Positions 51,899 through 64,000 of a stretch of DNA of 64,000 bases are shown one piece after another. The stretch is from Tubiluchus corallicola (Eukaryota; Animalia; Priapulida). Position 1 is the first letter of the stretch. Each line of letters opens with the position of its first letter. The stretch is from positions 133,161 to 197,160 of the forward strand of contig JAQGDQ010000439.1 of the NCBI GenBank assembly GCA_030141605.1, read 5' to 3'. Under the pieces are notes generated by a model. That model saw only the letters and a program-made list of their open reading frames with translations. It did no database searches and was not told the origin of the DNA. The translations under genes were made by a program, and so were the position numbers.

Positions 51899-52908
51899 AA
51901 AAACAAATTTATTTTCCCATACGCACATGGTTGGTATTCAGCCATGCACAAGATTTTGATCCGACTTAGCCGCACACCAAAAGTTATGGCCCTAGCGCAA
52001 CAACGAAAAAACAAGAAACCCCGCCCACATCGTAACCTTTGCCTTTGACCCGGGGATTATGGTTTCATATAGACATAAATACCCCTGCCAGGAGGGTGTG
52101 GCCTGCGAAGTTTCGCGTTCGTAGCCCTGTGCGTTTTTGAGTTATTAAAGAAACAAAACTGCCGGAAAAATACTAAATAAACAAAAACTGAGGACAAATC
52201 AAGAAAATTCTGCTGTGCCGTTTGTATAGTAGAATCTTGATTATGAAAATCAGAATCTATAGCGTGAGCTATCAAGCAAGGTGAAGTTGTGAGTACATTT
52301 CAAGAAACTTTCCTAGTAAATTTCTCATCACTTCAATTTAATGACTGACTTTTGGCATTTATACGCGCAAAGGGAATCCAAGAATGCTTACAACAAATTC
52401 TGCACAGTGCTCAGCTAGCCATTATTATGTGCTTGATTTAATGAGAACGGACGGACGAACATTCTAACGAGATTAGCGTCTACAAACTCAACCAGGGACT
52501 CACTGGGACTGCTATACTTAATTGAATCGACGAGTGTGGCTAATAACGGGTTTGGTAACATGACTGGAATAATTATAGAAAACGAAGCCGTTGCCTGCTT
52601 GAACACTTCATGTCTTTTTACTTCAGGTGTTGAATTGAGCAATTAAATTCGAAAAGCTGCATGGAGGATAGTACAGTACAATGATTGCATGAAGATAGTC
52701 TCTTTTTGGTGATAATTAGGAGGTTTTTCTTCTCTTGTTTTTTCCTCAAAAATGGCTTAAGACAGTATACTAGGACATGTACGAGCTGTACAAAGCTGTA
52801 ACGTTTAATGTTATATGTATGGAGTTTGTAGAAGTTGTAGCTCATTGCCTTCCAACATATATAGGTGTTAGCGTAACTATTTAACAATGTAGTATTATGG
52901 CACAAAAT

Positions 52909-54193
52909 GCTGCATTATATCACAAATTACAAAATTCGTGATTATGTAACAAAATTTACGTCATTATGCAGTAATCATTATGTAACAATGTTGCGTCATT
53001 CTGTAACAATCGTTAAGTAATAAAAATGGTTCATTATGTAACAAGATAGTCCGGGTTTATCGGTCTGTTTTGTCATAGTCTCGATATGTCCTGATTATTG
53101 GACTGGGCCAGTTTCTTTCTGTTCTAGATACTGGCTGACTCTGGCTCGGTCCGGTGTGCTCTGTGACTGCTCGGTCGGGAGTCTAGTCTGTCTGAGGTAT
53201 GTTTCTTCTGGATTTATCAGAGGTTTGGTCTGTGGCTGGTTTGCTTGGGGTTTGGTCTATCTGAGGTTTGAATTGTTAGATGTTTCCTCCATAGCTTTCA
53301 GTTTGCGGTCTGATCTGTGAACATCTGCTAAGATCTAGTCTGTCTGTCAATGATCTGTGGTTGGTCTGGTCTGTCTGAAATCAGGTCTACCTGAACTCTG
53401 ATCTGTCAGAGGTCTGTTTTATGGCTCGTCATTCTAGCTCGGCTAGTCTGGTCTGTTTGAGGTTTGATCAGTCAGAGGTCTTGTTTGTGGCATGTGCTGG
53501 ATCTGGTCAGTGAGCGGTCCAATTGCTCGGCGAGTCTGGCCTGGCTGGGCTTTAAACCAAAATTGAAAAATTGAGCTCTTTTATGGACAGCGAATTAGTC
53601 CACAGTATGTTATAGTCTGTGCACAATTTCTGATTCTTACGAATGAACTTATGGTAACTTTCAAAGATAAATGTGTACAAAAATTTCCTCAACGTAAGAC
53701 AAAGAACTAGGAACCAGATCCAGAATATCATTTCTCGTTTGCGACCATCTTTCAGTTTCTCTCATTGACAAACCTATACCCATGTCAAACGGGACTTCCG
53801 GTTCACATCCGGATAGATCCGGCTCAGACAAACTGGACGTCTGATAGACTAGTACAGACCAGACTACTGACAGGAAAACCTCTGGTATACCAGACTCCAG
53901 ACCAGAGCAGATAGAAGTGGAGCCAGATGTTCATCCAGAACAGGAAGGAACTGACCCCGTCTAATAATAATTAGACTACATCCAGATCATGACAATACCC
54001 GACCGCAGGGTCACAAATTGCGATTCACAATCATAGCTACTTTAGTCTGCTGCATAATGCAATATTTTCTGTTACAATAATATGTCAAAAATATTACATA
54101 AAAATTTTACGAAGTGATCTAAAACTTTTGTTACGTAATGATAAATTTTGTGCTTTGGTATACACTGCAGTAATTTTTCTCACATAATGCTGC
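52909..54193. mobile_element. Foldback/MITE-like element with long degenerate inverted arms
   Basis: Left CATTATGTAACAA repeats are mirrored by right TTGTTAC..ATAATG repeats. An inner GGTCT/GTCTG-rich arm (53050-53550) is mirrored by a CAGAC/AGAC-rich arm (53820-54000). Confidence 0.6.
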
Positions 54194-57100
54194 GGGAACG
54201 TGAAATTTGAGCATCAATAAATTACCTATTTCTTTTATTTTTATTTATTAAATTTTTAATGACTTACTTTAATTTTCTCTCTCACAATATTTTTTTAAAA
54301 ATCATCGTTTCCTAGGAATCATCGTTAAATATATCCGGCAATAAATTATGTTACATGCATAACAGCTAAACCCAATCAACTGACTTTCTAATTTTCACTT
54401 TAATTCAGAATTTTTATGCGTAGCTTTTAAAAAAGGAATGAAGCAGAAGACACCACAAGTTTGCCTTAGCATTTTATTAAAATATGACAGCGTTTTCACT
54501 CAAAAACATCTAGTGAATCACAAAAACAGTAAATACCAGAAATGTGAGTCTCAAAAAACTATTCACAACAAAACTGACCGTTGGTATAATTAGTGCAGCA
54601 ATTTAACTAGCATTATATTTCAACATAGGAAAAACGTATATGATAGAAGAGACTGTGTGGTGCATATCAAATTCTTCTATAGTTCGTTATAATGTTTATT
54701 GTTTAACCACCTCGTTAATAAAGATTACCACAAATTTAATATAGCTCTATTTGCTAGTAGGCCAGTACAGCAGAATTAATTTGTTATCACTGTAATGATA
54801 ATAAGTATTTATTTTGGAGACTGGGACGTATTAGTAAATCTCTCCTCAAAGCCGTATGTAGCTGCATAAAAACGTTTGATTTCTTTGCTTTATTTTATAT
54901 CCAGAGTTGTCATTTTTAGGCTGGAAAACACACAACAGAAACCCGACAATTAAGAAAGAATAACTACAACTTTGCTTTCATTATGTTTCTTAGTAGTCAA
55001 GCTACAGTTTAGCATTATCATTATTAACCTATCAAGGGAAAATGGCCCACCTTATTTTCTCCTTCACCACCAATATGACTGCTTTAATTTTTCCGAGTTT
55101 GAAAAAAAACATGGTGTGCGCGACAGAAAACAGGATACGTACATCCTGTTTTTGAAAATCAGGAAAATTGGGTAATCATTAAAGCAGACTTTTGATGGTA
55201 CTGTTTGAATGAAAAACAAGACGGGCCATTGCCCTTTCGCACTTTGGCAGTAGGGTCGGGTCACGCAACAAATATCAACTTAAGCCTGCCTTTAAGAGAG
55301 CTTTTCCGGTATGTAGTGTACCAAAATGTAAAAAAGTGCTATCAACAACTCTCTGATATCTAGACCAAAAGTCGATGTACCCTACTAATTACGTTACACA
55401 TATCCCCTTTGAAAAGGAAAAAGAATCTAAGATGACTAGCTTTTGCAGCCCAGGCATAACATCTTACTGCTTCTTCTGGAGATTCAGGAAAGATGCAATA
55501 ACCAGCTGTGCAGACAATAACTGTGAATATGTTTGCCTTGGTAGGCCCCTAGAATTTGAATTCTATATGGATAGTACACATACTCAGTGAAGTAAGATTA
55601 TCATTAATGAAAAATTCACTAGTTGAGCCGAGTCTAGTTCTGGTTATACACCGTAATTTGAGCTGGCTTATTGAAAACAATACCATGTAAGATGAAATCA
55701 AAATGAAAGGGATTAACCGTGCACGATATACAGCAACTTTTTGTCATGAAAAATGTTTGAGTTAAGCAATAAGAACCATTTTCGTTACTCACGCTGAGCC
55801 CCAGATAGTTTAGAGAAAATTTACTAGGCGATTAACCTGATGGACTATAGAAATCCTACACATGCTAATAATGTGGATACTCACCCACAGCTAGGAGGCT
55901 TAAGCAGTGAATCCAAGCAACAAGTCTGCACAATAACGTGTAAACGTGTTATGAAGCCAGGTTTCGTATGGCTTCTTGGCTAAACCACTGAGGACGGATG
56001 AGTTCACGAGATTTGCGGCAAAGAAGTAGCATATGAAACAACGATTACTTAGACTATAGTAGACTAGTACTGCCCGCTGTGTTTGCTAGAACATAGATTT
56101 TTAGATTATTTTTAGTAGTTTTTCTATTAGGCACTAAATGAAATGAATGATTTGCAGTTTTGGCAAAACGATTAACCAAGTAGTATCACGGCTACAGAAA
56201 AAATAGGATTGCTAACGAAATTCTTGTTTTGACCAATTACACCGTATATACATTAGCTAGATCAAAATATTGTACTGTATCCCTCTTGACATGTTTCATG
56301 TCCCATAGAAGGCTTGCAAAACGTCCTGTAAATTGTGTAGAAAGATGTGATAATTTTGACAGTTTGTCCAAAATGGCAAAACTGGAAATTTTTAAATTTA
56401 ATAGATTTTTGGACCAAATTTCTGAAAAGTGGATTAAGAAAAGGCAAAAATGCCGAAATATGTGCAAGGCGGCTATGACCCGACTACATGATCAGTGACT
56501 TGACCAGGTGGCATAATTTTACCACATGTAAGCTGTTTTCATATGCTTTACATTGAAAAATGTTCGATTTTGAACATATGTATGTGGTAGAATTAATATA
56601 CCAACGCACTGGCATGTTGGCATAAACGCCTTTTCTCGGTTTATTTGCCGTTTAATTTGTCTCATATGGACGCTGTGATTGTGTTTTAATTATATTCGAG
56701 ATGGATTTTGTCAGTCGATTAAGAGCGGCACAGTTATTATCTGTACGTTTGTGATTTCAAAACGCTCATCAACTCAAGCCAACATAAACCCGATGATTCG
56801 GGACAGTTTACCACGTTGAAAGGTGATTTTTAATACCAAAGATTAATAAAAATGATAAAAATCTAGAATGGAAATGTTGTAAAATGTCGTTGGTCATTTA
56901 AAACACTCATAATAACTCACGTTTGTACGCCAGCTCGCTGTCGCGCAAATAAAAGAACGCTGCTGAAAGAGGTTTAGTGGTTTATCAATCCAGCGCCACC
57001 TGTTTGTTTTCGCTGTAAATGTAGAGAAAATGTCTTTGAAACGAAAATTCTGTTTTTAGATAAGTAAGGTGGATTTTTTGTGCAAATATAGCGTGCTCTG

Positions 57101-58479
57101 GTTTTGAACGATTTCAGCCAAGGTGAAGATTTTTCTTTAATATTAAGTGGCTTTCTGGTGTAAAAATTTTGGCCTACAGCTTAAAGTTAGGTACTTTTCC
57201 CACAGTAATTTCAAGTTCATCAAGTTTTTCTAATTAACTTTTAGGTAAGATTCAATAAATTTAATCAATATGTGTGTGGCACAAAAAAGAAGAAATACAC
57301 CGAATAACATTACACAAAACTGAAAAAAGCTTGCACAGAGTTTGCAATAATATGATACTATAAATACATTTCAAAACTGCTGTGATTTAACTAGGAATTA
57401 GATTGTAAATGAGATAAGGGTAAGCGAAGAAATGGTAGATTTGGTGGCACTTGTCAGTTCAAGCATGCCAGTGGCACTAAACTGCTTTAATTCGAAATTC
57501 GCTTTGCCAGGTAGGTCCCAATAGCTTGTTATTTCTCGATTTCGCTTGTAAGGATTGAAAATATTGTTTAACTATTTGAAATCCCAAGAAGATTACATAA
57601 TAATTCCTGCCGGAAACACGGATTTTCATATTTATTATAGTGCGTCCTTGAATCATTGTCATTCTTCCCTTACGGTAGCACATTATCCTCATACAGTTAA
57701 GCTTAGACAAAGACGTTTGAAGACTTTGATAAGATTAACAAGGCTGATTATTCAGCTGCATCTCGCAATAATTTACTCATTGTCGCACGCGAATGTATAA
57801 TCAAATCACCATCATCAATTTTTATGATAATTAATTTTTCTTTCGTTGATATTTATATGTACAACAGAACACCGAGCACAACTGGTACTTTATCAGTGTT
57901 TGTCACTTTTGTTACAGATATTGTGGTTCCTGGTTCACTTGTGCTTCTCTTAAAAGCAACCAGTCAAGCCTTTAATGTACGTTAGCAGGTTGATGAAATG
58001 TGGCTTATTACAAATATCAATATAGTGTTTGAACCGGCAGGTGGTCTGGTCAATGTAGTGATCGAGACATCTATAACAGAAATAATTAAATATACTGCAT
58101 TAGCTGGGGCTTCCTTTCTATCCTTTTCAGTAACTTCTTCTGTTTTTTTTTAATTAGTTTTCTTGTTGTCAGTGACGAATTGACTATTATATGGGGGGGG
58201 GGGGGAGTTAAATGGCGTAAGAGATGTTGTACAAAAATCAACACAGTTGCCCACGCATAAATCAGTAAACAGAAAATAGTACAGAAGATACTAGTAAATT
58301 ACGATGCTCAGTTAAATCGTACAGTAACGTGCGATGTTAAATCTGATTTCATATTTATAAAGTGAAAAAAAATGAAAGCGAAAAATTCTAGCATAAGAAT
58401 AATAAGCAACACTAATGCTATGACTAACATAATAATAGAATAGGCAATTATTGTTAAAAGAGACGTTGCATCAGCTATT

Positions 58480-58627
58480 CCTGGCATTGTCCCTGCAATG
58501 TTGTCCAGACGAATTCGCTTTCCGTCTGCGGGATCGTGAGCTCGGTAATGCAGCGGGTAGTGCCGAAGACTTTAAAGTGGTACCTGCCGTTGCCCTGCCT
58601 GGCGCGTGGTATTTAGGGTAAAAGCAG
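58480..58627 (+). mobile_element. Related SINE fragment, apparently truncated by the LTR element
   Basis: Core GAAGACTTTAAAGTGGTACCTGCC...GCCTGGCGC resembles the core of the 51574 SINE; ends just before TGTAAC at 58628. Confidence 0.45.
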
Positions 58628-59284
58628 TGTAACAACAGTCTCTGTTATGTAGTTGTAGAATTTTTATTTACAGTGGCAAAAAGCTCTTTGAGATTATGTT
58701 AACTGTTTATCCAAAAGCTGACTTTAAATTAAGATTATTATTATATAATGTTAAAAAAAGGTGCTAGTGATAACCTGTGGGATATCGCTGTTTGTAGCTG
58801 CCTTACTTAACTCACCGAAACATCCATTTCATAAAAATTACATTTTTGTGAATTATTTAGTGCTAGATGCTCATACATAGTGTACTGCAGGGCTGTGATG
58901 AGATAGTGTAATACTGGCAGGAGAATACAGCAGACTTATCAGGTGTGCGTGTGAACGTGGCTTTAACTAGCACATAGACGCTTATTCTGACCTTGTGTTA
59001 GTGGGAGCCACTAGTCACGTGCACACCTGAGCTTATAAAAAGGGTAGGTCTGCTGTAGATCCTTGTCAGTGGTCAGTGGGCGTCTGATCTCATCTCAGCT
59101 TTGTTCGCACTTCATCAGGCTTTCTGTTTGCTCCATTCGGTAAGCTGTCTGGAACGTTTATTTTTTTGGGTAATAAATCGTCATTTTTATTTTATTCATT
59201 TTGGTTTTTGTCTTTGAGTCATGCCGCACAGTGTAGGCCGCGATGCCATCCGTTCTGCTTCCACTAAAAGCGGAGAGCAGTCCA
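58628..59284 (+). repeat. Putative 5' LTR
   Basis: Begins TGTAAC (start uncertain; TGTGG at 58776 is an alternative); TATAAAA near 59034, AATAAA at 59172; ends ...CCA one base before the PBS. Confidence 0.55.
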
Positions 59285-61209
59285 CTGGTGTCAGAACAAG
59301 TGGGATGTTACCCTCATCTGGGCATTCCGATTATTGTACTGCGGTTGATGTTGACTTAGAACGGTTACAACACCGTCAGCTTGCCGATTTTCTATTAGAA
59401 CAGAGTGTGTATTCTTCTAATGGTCAAGAATTAAGGGGCACTGCCTTAGATTCTACGGAACATTGCTATAGTTTTGATGTTAGTTGTACTAATAATGAGG
59501 ATGTATTGTCGATCTGTGCTTGTAATACAACTAATCCTTTTGTTACTTGCCCTGTGCATAACCCTTGTACTGAAAAGCATGCAGCGAAGCCATCTGAATG
59601 TTCAAGTAGGCAAAGCCAAGGTCAGCTACCTTTGCTACCTGCTACTTCACAACATTCCGCTTCCCAGCCTAGCGCGAGTACTTGGGGCATGTCTAATATT
59701 GATTTTCTTTCAGGGCACGCGGCTAGCGATCCAAATGCAGCATTGGGCACGCGAGTTAGTCCAAGTAATCAAAATTTTCGGCAAAATTTCGCGTCAGATA
59801 CTTATCAAATCAGACAACTGTGTCAAATCAGACAACAGTTGTCTAGTATTTCTGAGAGTTTTCAAGACCTGAGAAATGTGGTTGCTACGCTGCCTCAGGC
59901 AATTTTTAGTGCCATTTTGGATTTTACCGCATGTCGCGAACCAGAGACGCCTACAACAGGTGGTATTTTGGCAAAGAAGCCTCTTTTGGGTTCTACCCCT
60001 GTAATGGCGAATACTGACACTGCTGACGCGCAGCATCAAAATCAAGGGTCTAGCCAGATTCAAAATGGTCCTTCTGGCTCCACCCCACGTGTACGTTTTG
60101 AAACTGGCCTAAGCAATCTAGACCAGTCTTTCGAGCCCATTTTGCGGACTTCCGGTTGTTCTACTGCACAAACAGGTTTGGCAACCAGCACCGTGGCACA
60201 AAATGTCGATAATGCTGCGGTAAACATGGCGAGTGACATCAGCATGGGGCGGCTCGGTGAAAAGGCACTCCGAGGTCTACCACCTTTTGATGGCGAGACA
60301 GTGTCTTGGGAAAGTTTTGAGGCACAGTTCCAGCTTCTCCGTCGGGCTAATGGCTGGGACAACACCGAGGCTGGTGCGCGATTAGCATTAAAATTAAAAG
60401 GGAGTGCTGCGGGCGTGCTGGAAGTCATTCCAGAGGCGCAAAGGTCCAACTATGATGTCCTTTCGTCGGCTCTTTGTCGTAGATACGGCTATCAAAATAG
60501 AGAGAGCGTTTATCGTGCGCATTATAACGCCAGAGTACGCCACACTGGGGAAGATTTAAGGCAATACGCTGAGCAATTGCGCGTTCTTTATCATCGTGCA
60601 TTTCCAACCGTTGATACAAAAACTGCTGAGCAACAGCTAATTCATAAATTCGTAGATGGTTTAATGGATTCTGAGTTAGCAATACACATTCAGCAAAGTG
60701 TACCGCCTGATCTCGCAAGTGCTTTAGCTACCGCACTTACAGTTGAGTCCATTCGGGCTACGTCTAAACGAGTAACAGAAAACGAACCCCCAAGCAAAAG
60801 CTCGATTAAGGTTCAGCACCTACCTGTTACCTCGCCCCCCAGTTCGAAATCCAAAAGCCCAAATAACGACGTTAGCAAATCTGCTCTTAATCGCACCCCT
60901 GAAAAACACGGCAGAGTTTCAAATGTTGGCCAGAATAAGTCTGCTAAACCTACGGGTCGTGGTTCAGGCCCAGTTTGTTATAATTGTGGTGGTTTTGGGC
61001 ATTTAGCGAGACAGTGCTCTTCCCCTCCCCATAGTTGGACAGGCCAACCAACTCGCCATAGAGCACAATTTTCTAATAATTTTTGCCAAAACAATGGTTT
61101 TTCTGCAAATATGGGGCAAAATTATCCATGTACTGGGACTACCCCCCAAAATTATTACCATTCAACAGCTAATTACAACAACTTCGGTCGTGGGCGTTCG
61201 CATTTTTAA
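59221..61209 (+). CDS. gag: Gag polyprotein (true start may be the ATG at 59305)
   Basis: 662-aa ORF; capsid-like PPFDGETVSWESFEAQF...ANGW...LKGSA; zinc knuckle CYNCGGFGHLARQC. Confidence 0.9.
   Translation: MPHSVGRDAIRSASTKSGEQSTGVRTSGMLPSSGHSDYCTAVDVDLERLQHRQLADFLLEQSVYSSNGQELRGTALDSTEHCYSFDVSCTNNEDVLSICACNTTNPFVTCPVHNPCTEKHAAKPSECSSRQSQGQLPLLPATSQHSASQPSASTWGMSNIDFLSGHAASDPNAALGTRVSPSNQNFRQNFASDTYQIRQLCQIRQQLSSISESFQDLRNVVATLPQAIFSAILDFTACREPETPTTGGILAKKPLLGSTPVMANTDTADAQHQNQGSSQIQNGPSGSTPRVRFETGLSNLDQSFEPILRTSGCSTAQTGLATSTVAQNVDNAAVNMASDISMGRLGEKALRGLPPFDGETVSWESFEAQFQLLRRANGWDNTEAGARLALKLKGSAAGVLEVIPEAQRSNYDVLSSALCRRYGYQNRESVYRAHYNARVRHTGEDLRQYAEQLRVLYHRAFPTVDTKTAEQQLIHKFVDGLMDSELAIHIQQSVPPDLASALATALTVESIRATSKRVTENEPPSKSSIKVQHLPVTSPPSSKSKSPNNDVSKSALNRTPEKHGRVSNVGQNKSAKPTGRGSGPVCYNCGGFGHLARQCSSPPHSWTGQPTRHRAQFSNNFCQNNGFSANMGQNYPCTGTTPQNYYHSTANYNNFGRGRSHF
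59286..59306 (+). promoter_or_regulatory. Primer-binding site, tRNA-Leu-like
   Basis: TGGTGTCAGAACAAGTGGGAT equals the common Gypsy PBS TGGTGTCAGAAGTGGGAT (recalled) with a 3-nt insertion. Confidence 0.75.
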
Positions 61210-64000
61210 AAGCGGGTGGCAGGAGAAGGAGACAGCCAGCCACTCGCACTAGACGAGCAGTCTCCATAGGAGCACCCACATCGCATTACACCATTAATTA
61301 TTCTGCGTCGGTTCGTAACAAAAACGCTTATAAGCAACCTGCGCTTGGTTTGTATGTGCGCGGCTCAATAAACGGTCGTGTTTGTCGCATTTTAGTTGAC
61401 ACTGGTGCGAGTCAGACAACAGTAAGAAAAGAATTTCTTTCCTTACCAACTGAAGAAATTTTATTAGAAAATCGCAAAGCTTTAAGCGCAAACGGATCTG
61501 AGCTTGAATTGCGTGGCCCAGTTAATGTTTCTTTGCAACTTGGCAATGAACCGGAAATGTGGTCTGGCGCAGTACCGGTTTGGCTTTCGAATGACATTGT
61601 AGGTGATGATTGTGTGCTTGGCCTGGATTGGCTTCGTGCTAATCATGTTAGCGTGAACACCGCTAAAAATTTATTGATTTTCCCAGACGGTCAGTTTGTT
61701 AAAATTTTTCCCTTAGCGAACGGTACTACTGATATTTTAAATGTAAACCAAATAATTTTGCCTCCATTCTCTGAAACTGTACTAGAAGGTAGACCAGCTG
61801 TGCCGTTGCCACTTGCCACAGGCATGATTACCCGTGTAAATCATGACTTTTTCTGTCGGGAAGGTGTTTTAACTGGCCGTGTAACTGCACCCCCTGGTGC
61901 AAATACTGTTAAAACATTGCTTGCAAATTTGTCACCTAAACCTGTGACTATACCAGTTAATGAAGTGATTGGTCGGTGGGAAGTTGTGCAAGAACTTCCT
62001 GAACCACTCGAACCTAAACCCGTTCAAAAACGCAATGGTTTTCCTGCTATTATAAAATTAAACAAATGCACCCATCTATCTGAACCTGTTTGAAATTTGC
62101 TCGAGAAAAGTAAAGAGCATCTATCTAGTAAACAGCTTAAGCGTTTACACGCCTTTCTCTTGAAAAACAACCAGCTATTTTATTCTGGACCAGCAGATAT
62201 CGGCCGGACCAACGTGGTCCAGCACACCATCAACACTGGCAATCATGCGCCAATTAAAGTGCAACCGCGGCGGCTCGGTGAAACGCAGCGCAAGCAGCTT
62301 GATGCAGCTATGAAAGAGATGGAAGCTCAAGGTGTGATCGAGCCTTCGTGTAGCCCGTGGTCATCTGCAGTGGTTTTAGTCCGAAAGAAAAACGGGGGCA
62401 CTAGATGCTGCATTGATTATAGAGCCCTAAATGCAATTACCATCAAAGACAGTTATCCTTTACCCCGCATAGATGACTCGATAGATGCACTATCAGGCTC
62501 TGAATGGTTTTCCACCCTTGACTTGAAATCTGGGTATCACCAGGTCGAAATGCACCCTAACGACAAGGAGAAGACGGCTTTTATTACACATAGAGGCCTC
62601 TGGCAATTCAAGGCTATGCCTTTTGGCCTGACGAATGCGCCAGCGACTTTCGAACGCCTTATGGAGCAGGTCCTGACTGGTCTTCATTGGCGTACCCTAC
62701 TAATCTACCTCGATGACGTGATAGTTTATGGCCACACCTTTGACGAACACTTGGAGCGTCTACAAGAGGTCTTCACTCGCTTCCAAGCAGCCGGACTTAA
62801 ACTTAACGCTGAGAAATGTCTACTTACACAAAAGCAGGTAGCCTACCTTGGACACATTGTCAGTTCCCAAGGAGTACACACCGATCCTGCAAAAACTGAT
62901 GCAGTAGCGAAATGGCCTATACCAACAAACTTGACTGAGCTACGTAGTTTTCTTGGCCTTTGTACCTACTACAGGCGCTTCATCAAGGACTTTGCAAAAA
63001 TAGCTGCTCCACTGCACGAACTAACTCGTAAACATCAACCTTTCTTGTGGCAGCAAGACCAGCAGCAGTCTTTTGAGAGACTTAAAGCCTTGCTTACTTC
63101 CTCTCCTGTACTGGCTTATCCTCAGTTCGATAGAGATTTCATACTTGACACCGATGCTAGTAATGTCGCCATCGGTGCTGTACTCTCTCAAGTCCAAAAT
63201 GGACACGAACGTGTAATTGCCTATTACAGTCAAATACTTAACCCTTCAGAACGCAATTACTGTGCTACTAGACGTGAACTCCTGGCCGTGATAAAAGGGG
63301 TGACCAACTTCCATCACTATCTTTACGGAAAACCCTTTTCTATACGTACCGACCATGCGGCACTTCGCTGGCTTCACACGCTTAAGCGCCCTGAAGGCCA
63401 ATTAGCTCGATGGCTTGCGAAATTGGACCAATATCAGTACAAGATAGAGCATAGGCCCGGTAAAAGTCACGCGAATGCAGACACGCTGTCTAGACGGCCA
63501 TGCAAACACGAATGCTCTCATTGCAACAAACGTGAAATAAAATTTGAAACTCTGAGAACAGCTAACAATTCAGAAGCTGAAAATAGCAAAAATGCCTTAC
63601 AGCCAGCCTGGAGAAGTAAAATTGACAGCGAAATTAATCAGGCATCAAGATGTGTGAAGCCAGAAATCACTGAACCGGCAAAATTTGTCAAAGTTGGTAC
63701 AACTTTGCGTGATACTGAATTACATTTTAAAGAACGTCAATTAAATGATAAAGATCTAGCACCAGTCATAGCGTTTCTTGAAACGTCAAGCGAAAAACCA
63801 ACATGGGAACAGCGATCACCCCTTAGCAGAGAAGCTAAAGCGGTTTTAGCGCATTGGGACACACTGCGTTTAAGAGATGGCATTTTGCAGCGGAAATGGG
63901 AAAGCCCTGAAGGGAGTCTTACTCGCTGGCAATGGTTAGTCTCTCGCGCTTTTCGCGAAAAAGTTTTAACGGAAATGCATTCATCTCCAACTGCAGGCCA
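61203..64000 (+). CDS. pol: Pol polyprotein (PR-RT-RH-INT start) in the -1 frame to gag, with an in-frame TGA at 62091-62093; truncated by the window edge
   Basis: ILVDTGAS protease; SPWSSAVVLVRKK, CIDYRALN, LDLKSGYHQV, PFGLTNAPATF, YLDD (62706); RNase H LDTDASNVAIGAVL, RELLAV, RTDHAAL, NADTLSR; integrase Zn-finger start EMHSSPTAG. Confidence 0.92.

Larger units (their letters stand above)
58628..64000 (+). mobile_element. Ty3/Gypsy LTR retrotransposon (5' part; continues beyond the window)
   Basis: LTR, PBS, gag with CCHC knuckle, and pol in the order protease-RT-RNase H-integrase. Confidence 0.95.

Noticed and set aside
51302-52014. FIHS-repeat and YL-repeat ORFs
   Set aside because: Products of the (GAAT)n and (ACAGAT)n microsatellites.
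59474-63233. Overlapping and antisense ORFs within gag/pol (also those within NUDT19 and 2851-3801)
   Set aside because: Shadow ORFs of real coding sequence.

Overview
Eukaryotic (invertebrate animal-like, AT-rich, GT-AG introns) genomic DNA, not prokaryotic. From splice sites and frame continuity I reconstruct four host genes: (1) a + strand gene (733-3801) with a perilipin-like segment, a long disordered region and a C-terminal hydrophobic anchor; (2) adducin/hts on the - strand (15 coding exons, 20327-6005, ~609 aa, C-terminal MARCKS-like [11 protein letters not shown]); (3) peroxisomal acyl-CoA diphosphatase NUDT19 (+, 29356-30447, ends SKL), probably head-to-head with adducin across a short promoter carrying CTCF-like, CRE and YY1-like motifs; (4) a strongly divergent heterotrimeric G-protein alpha subunit (-, 43233-33332, 7 exons, ~374 aa). 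The right end holds a young Ty3/Gypsy LTR retrotransposon (LTR, PBS, gag, -1 frameshift pseudoknot, pol with one nonsense codon) that runs off the window. Introns and intergenic DNA carry hAT-type MITEs, an Academ-like transposase relic, a CR1-like LINE tail, tRNA-derived SINEs, a foldback element and microsatellites. The most notable candidates are the non-canonical G-alpha, a decayed unknown ORF nested in its intron, AG|GT recursive-splice-like sites around the adducin start-codon exon, and an in-frame upstream NUDT19 exon broken by one stop. No database searches were run; family calls rest on recalled motifs.
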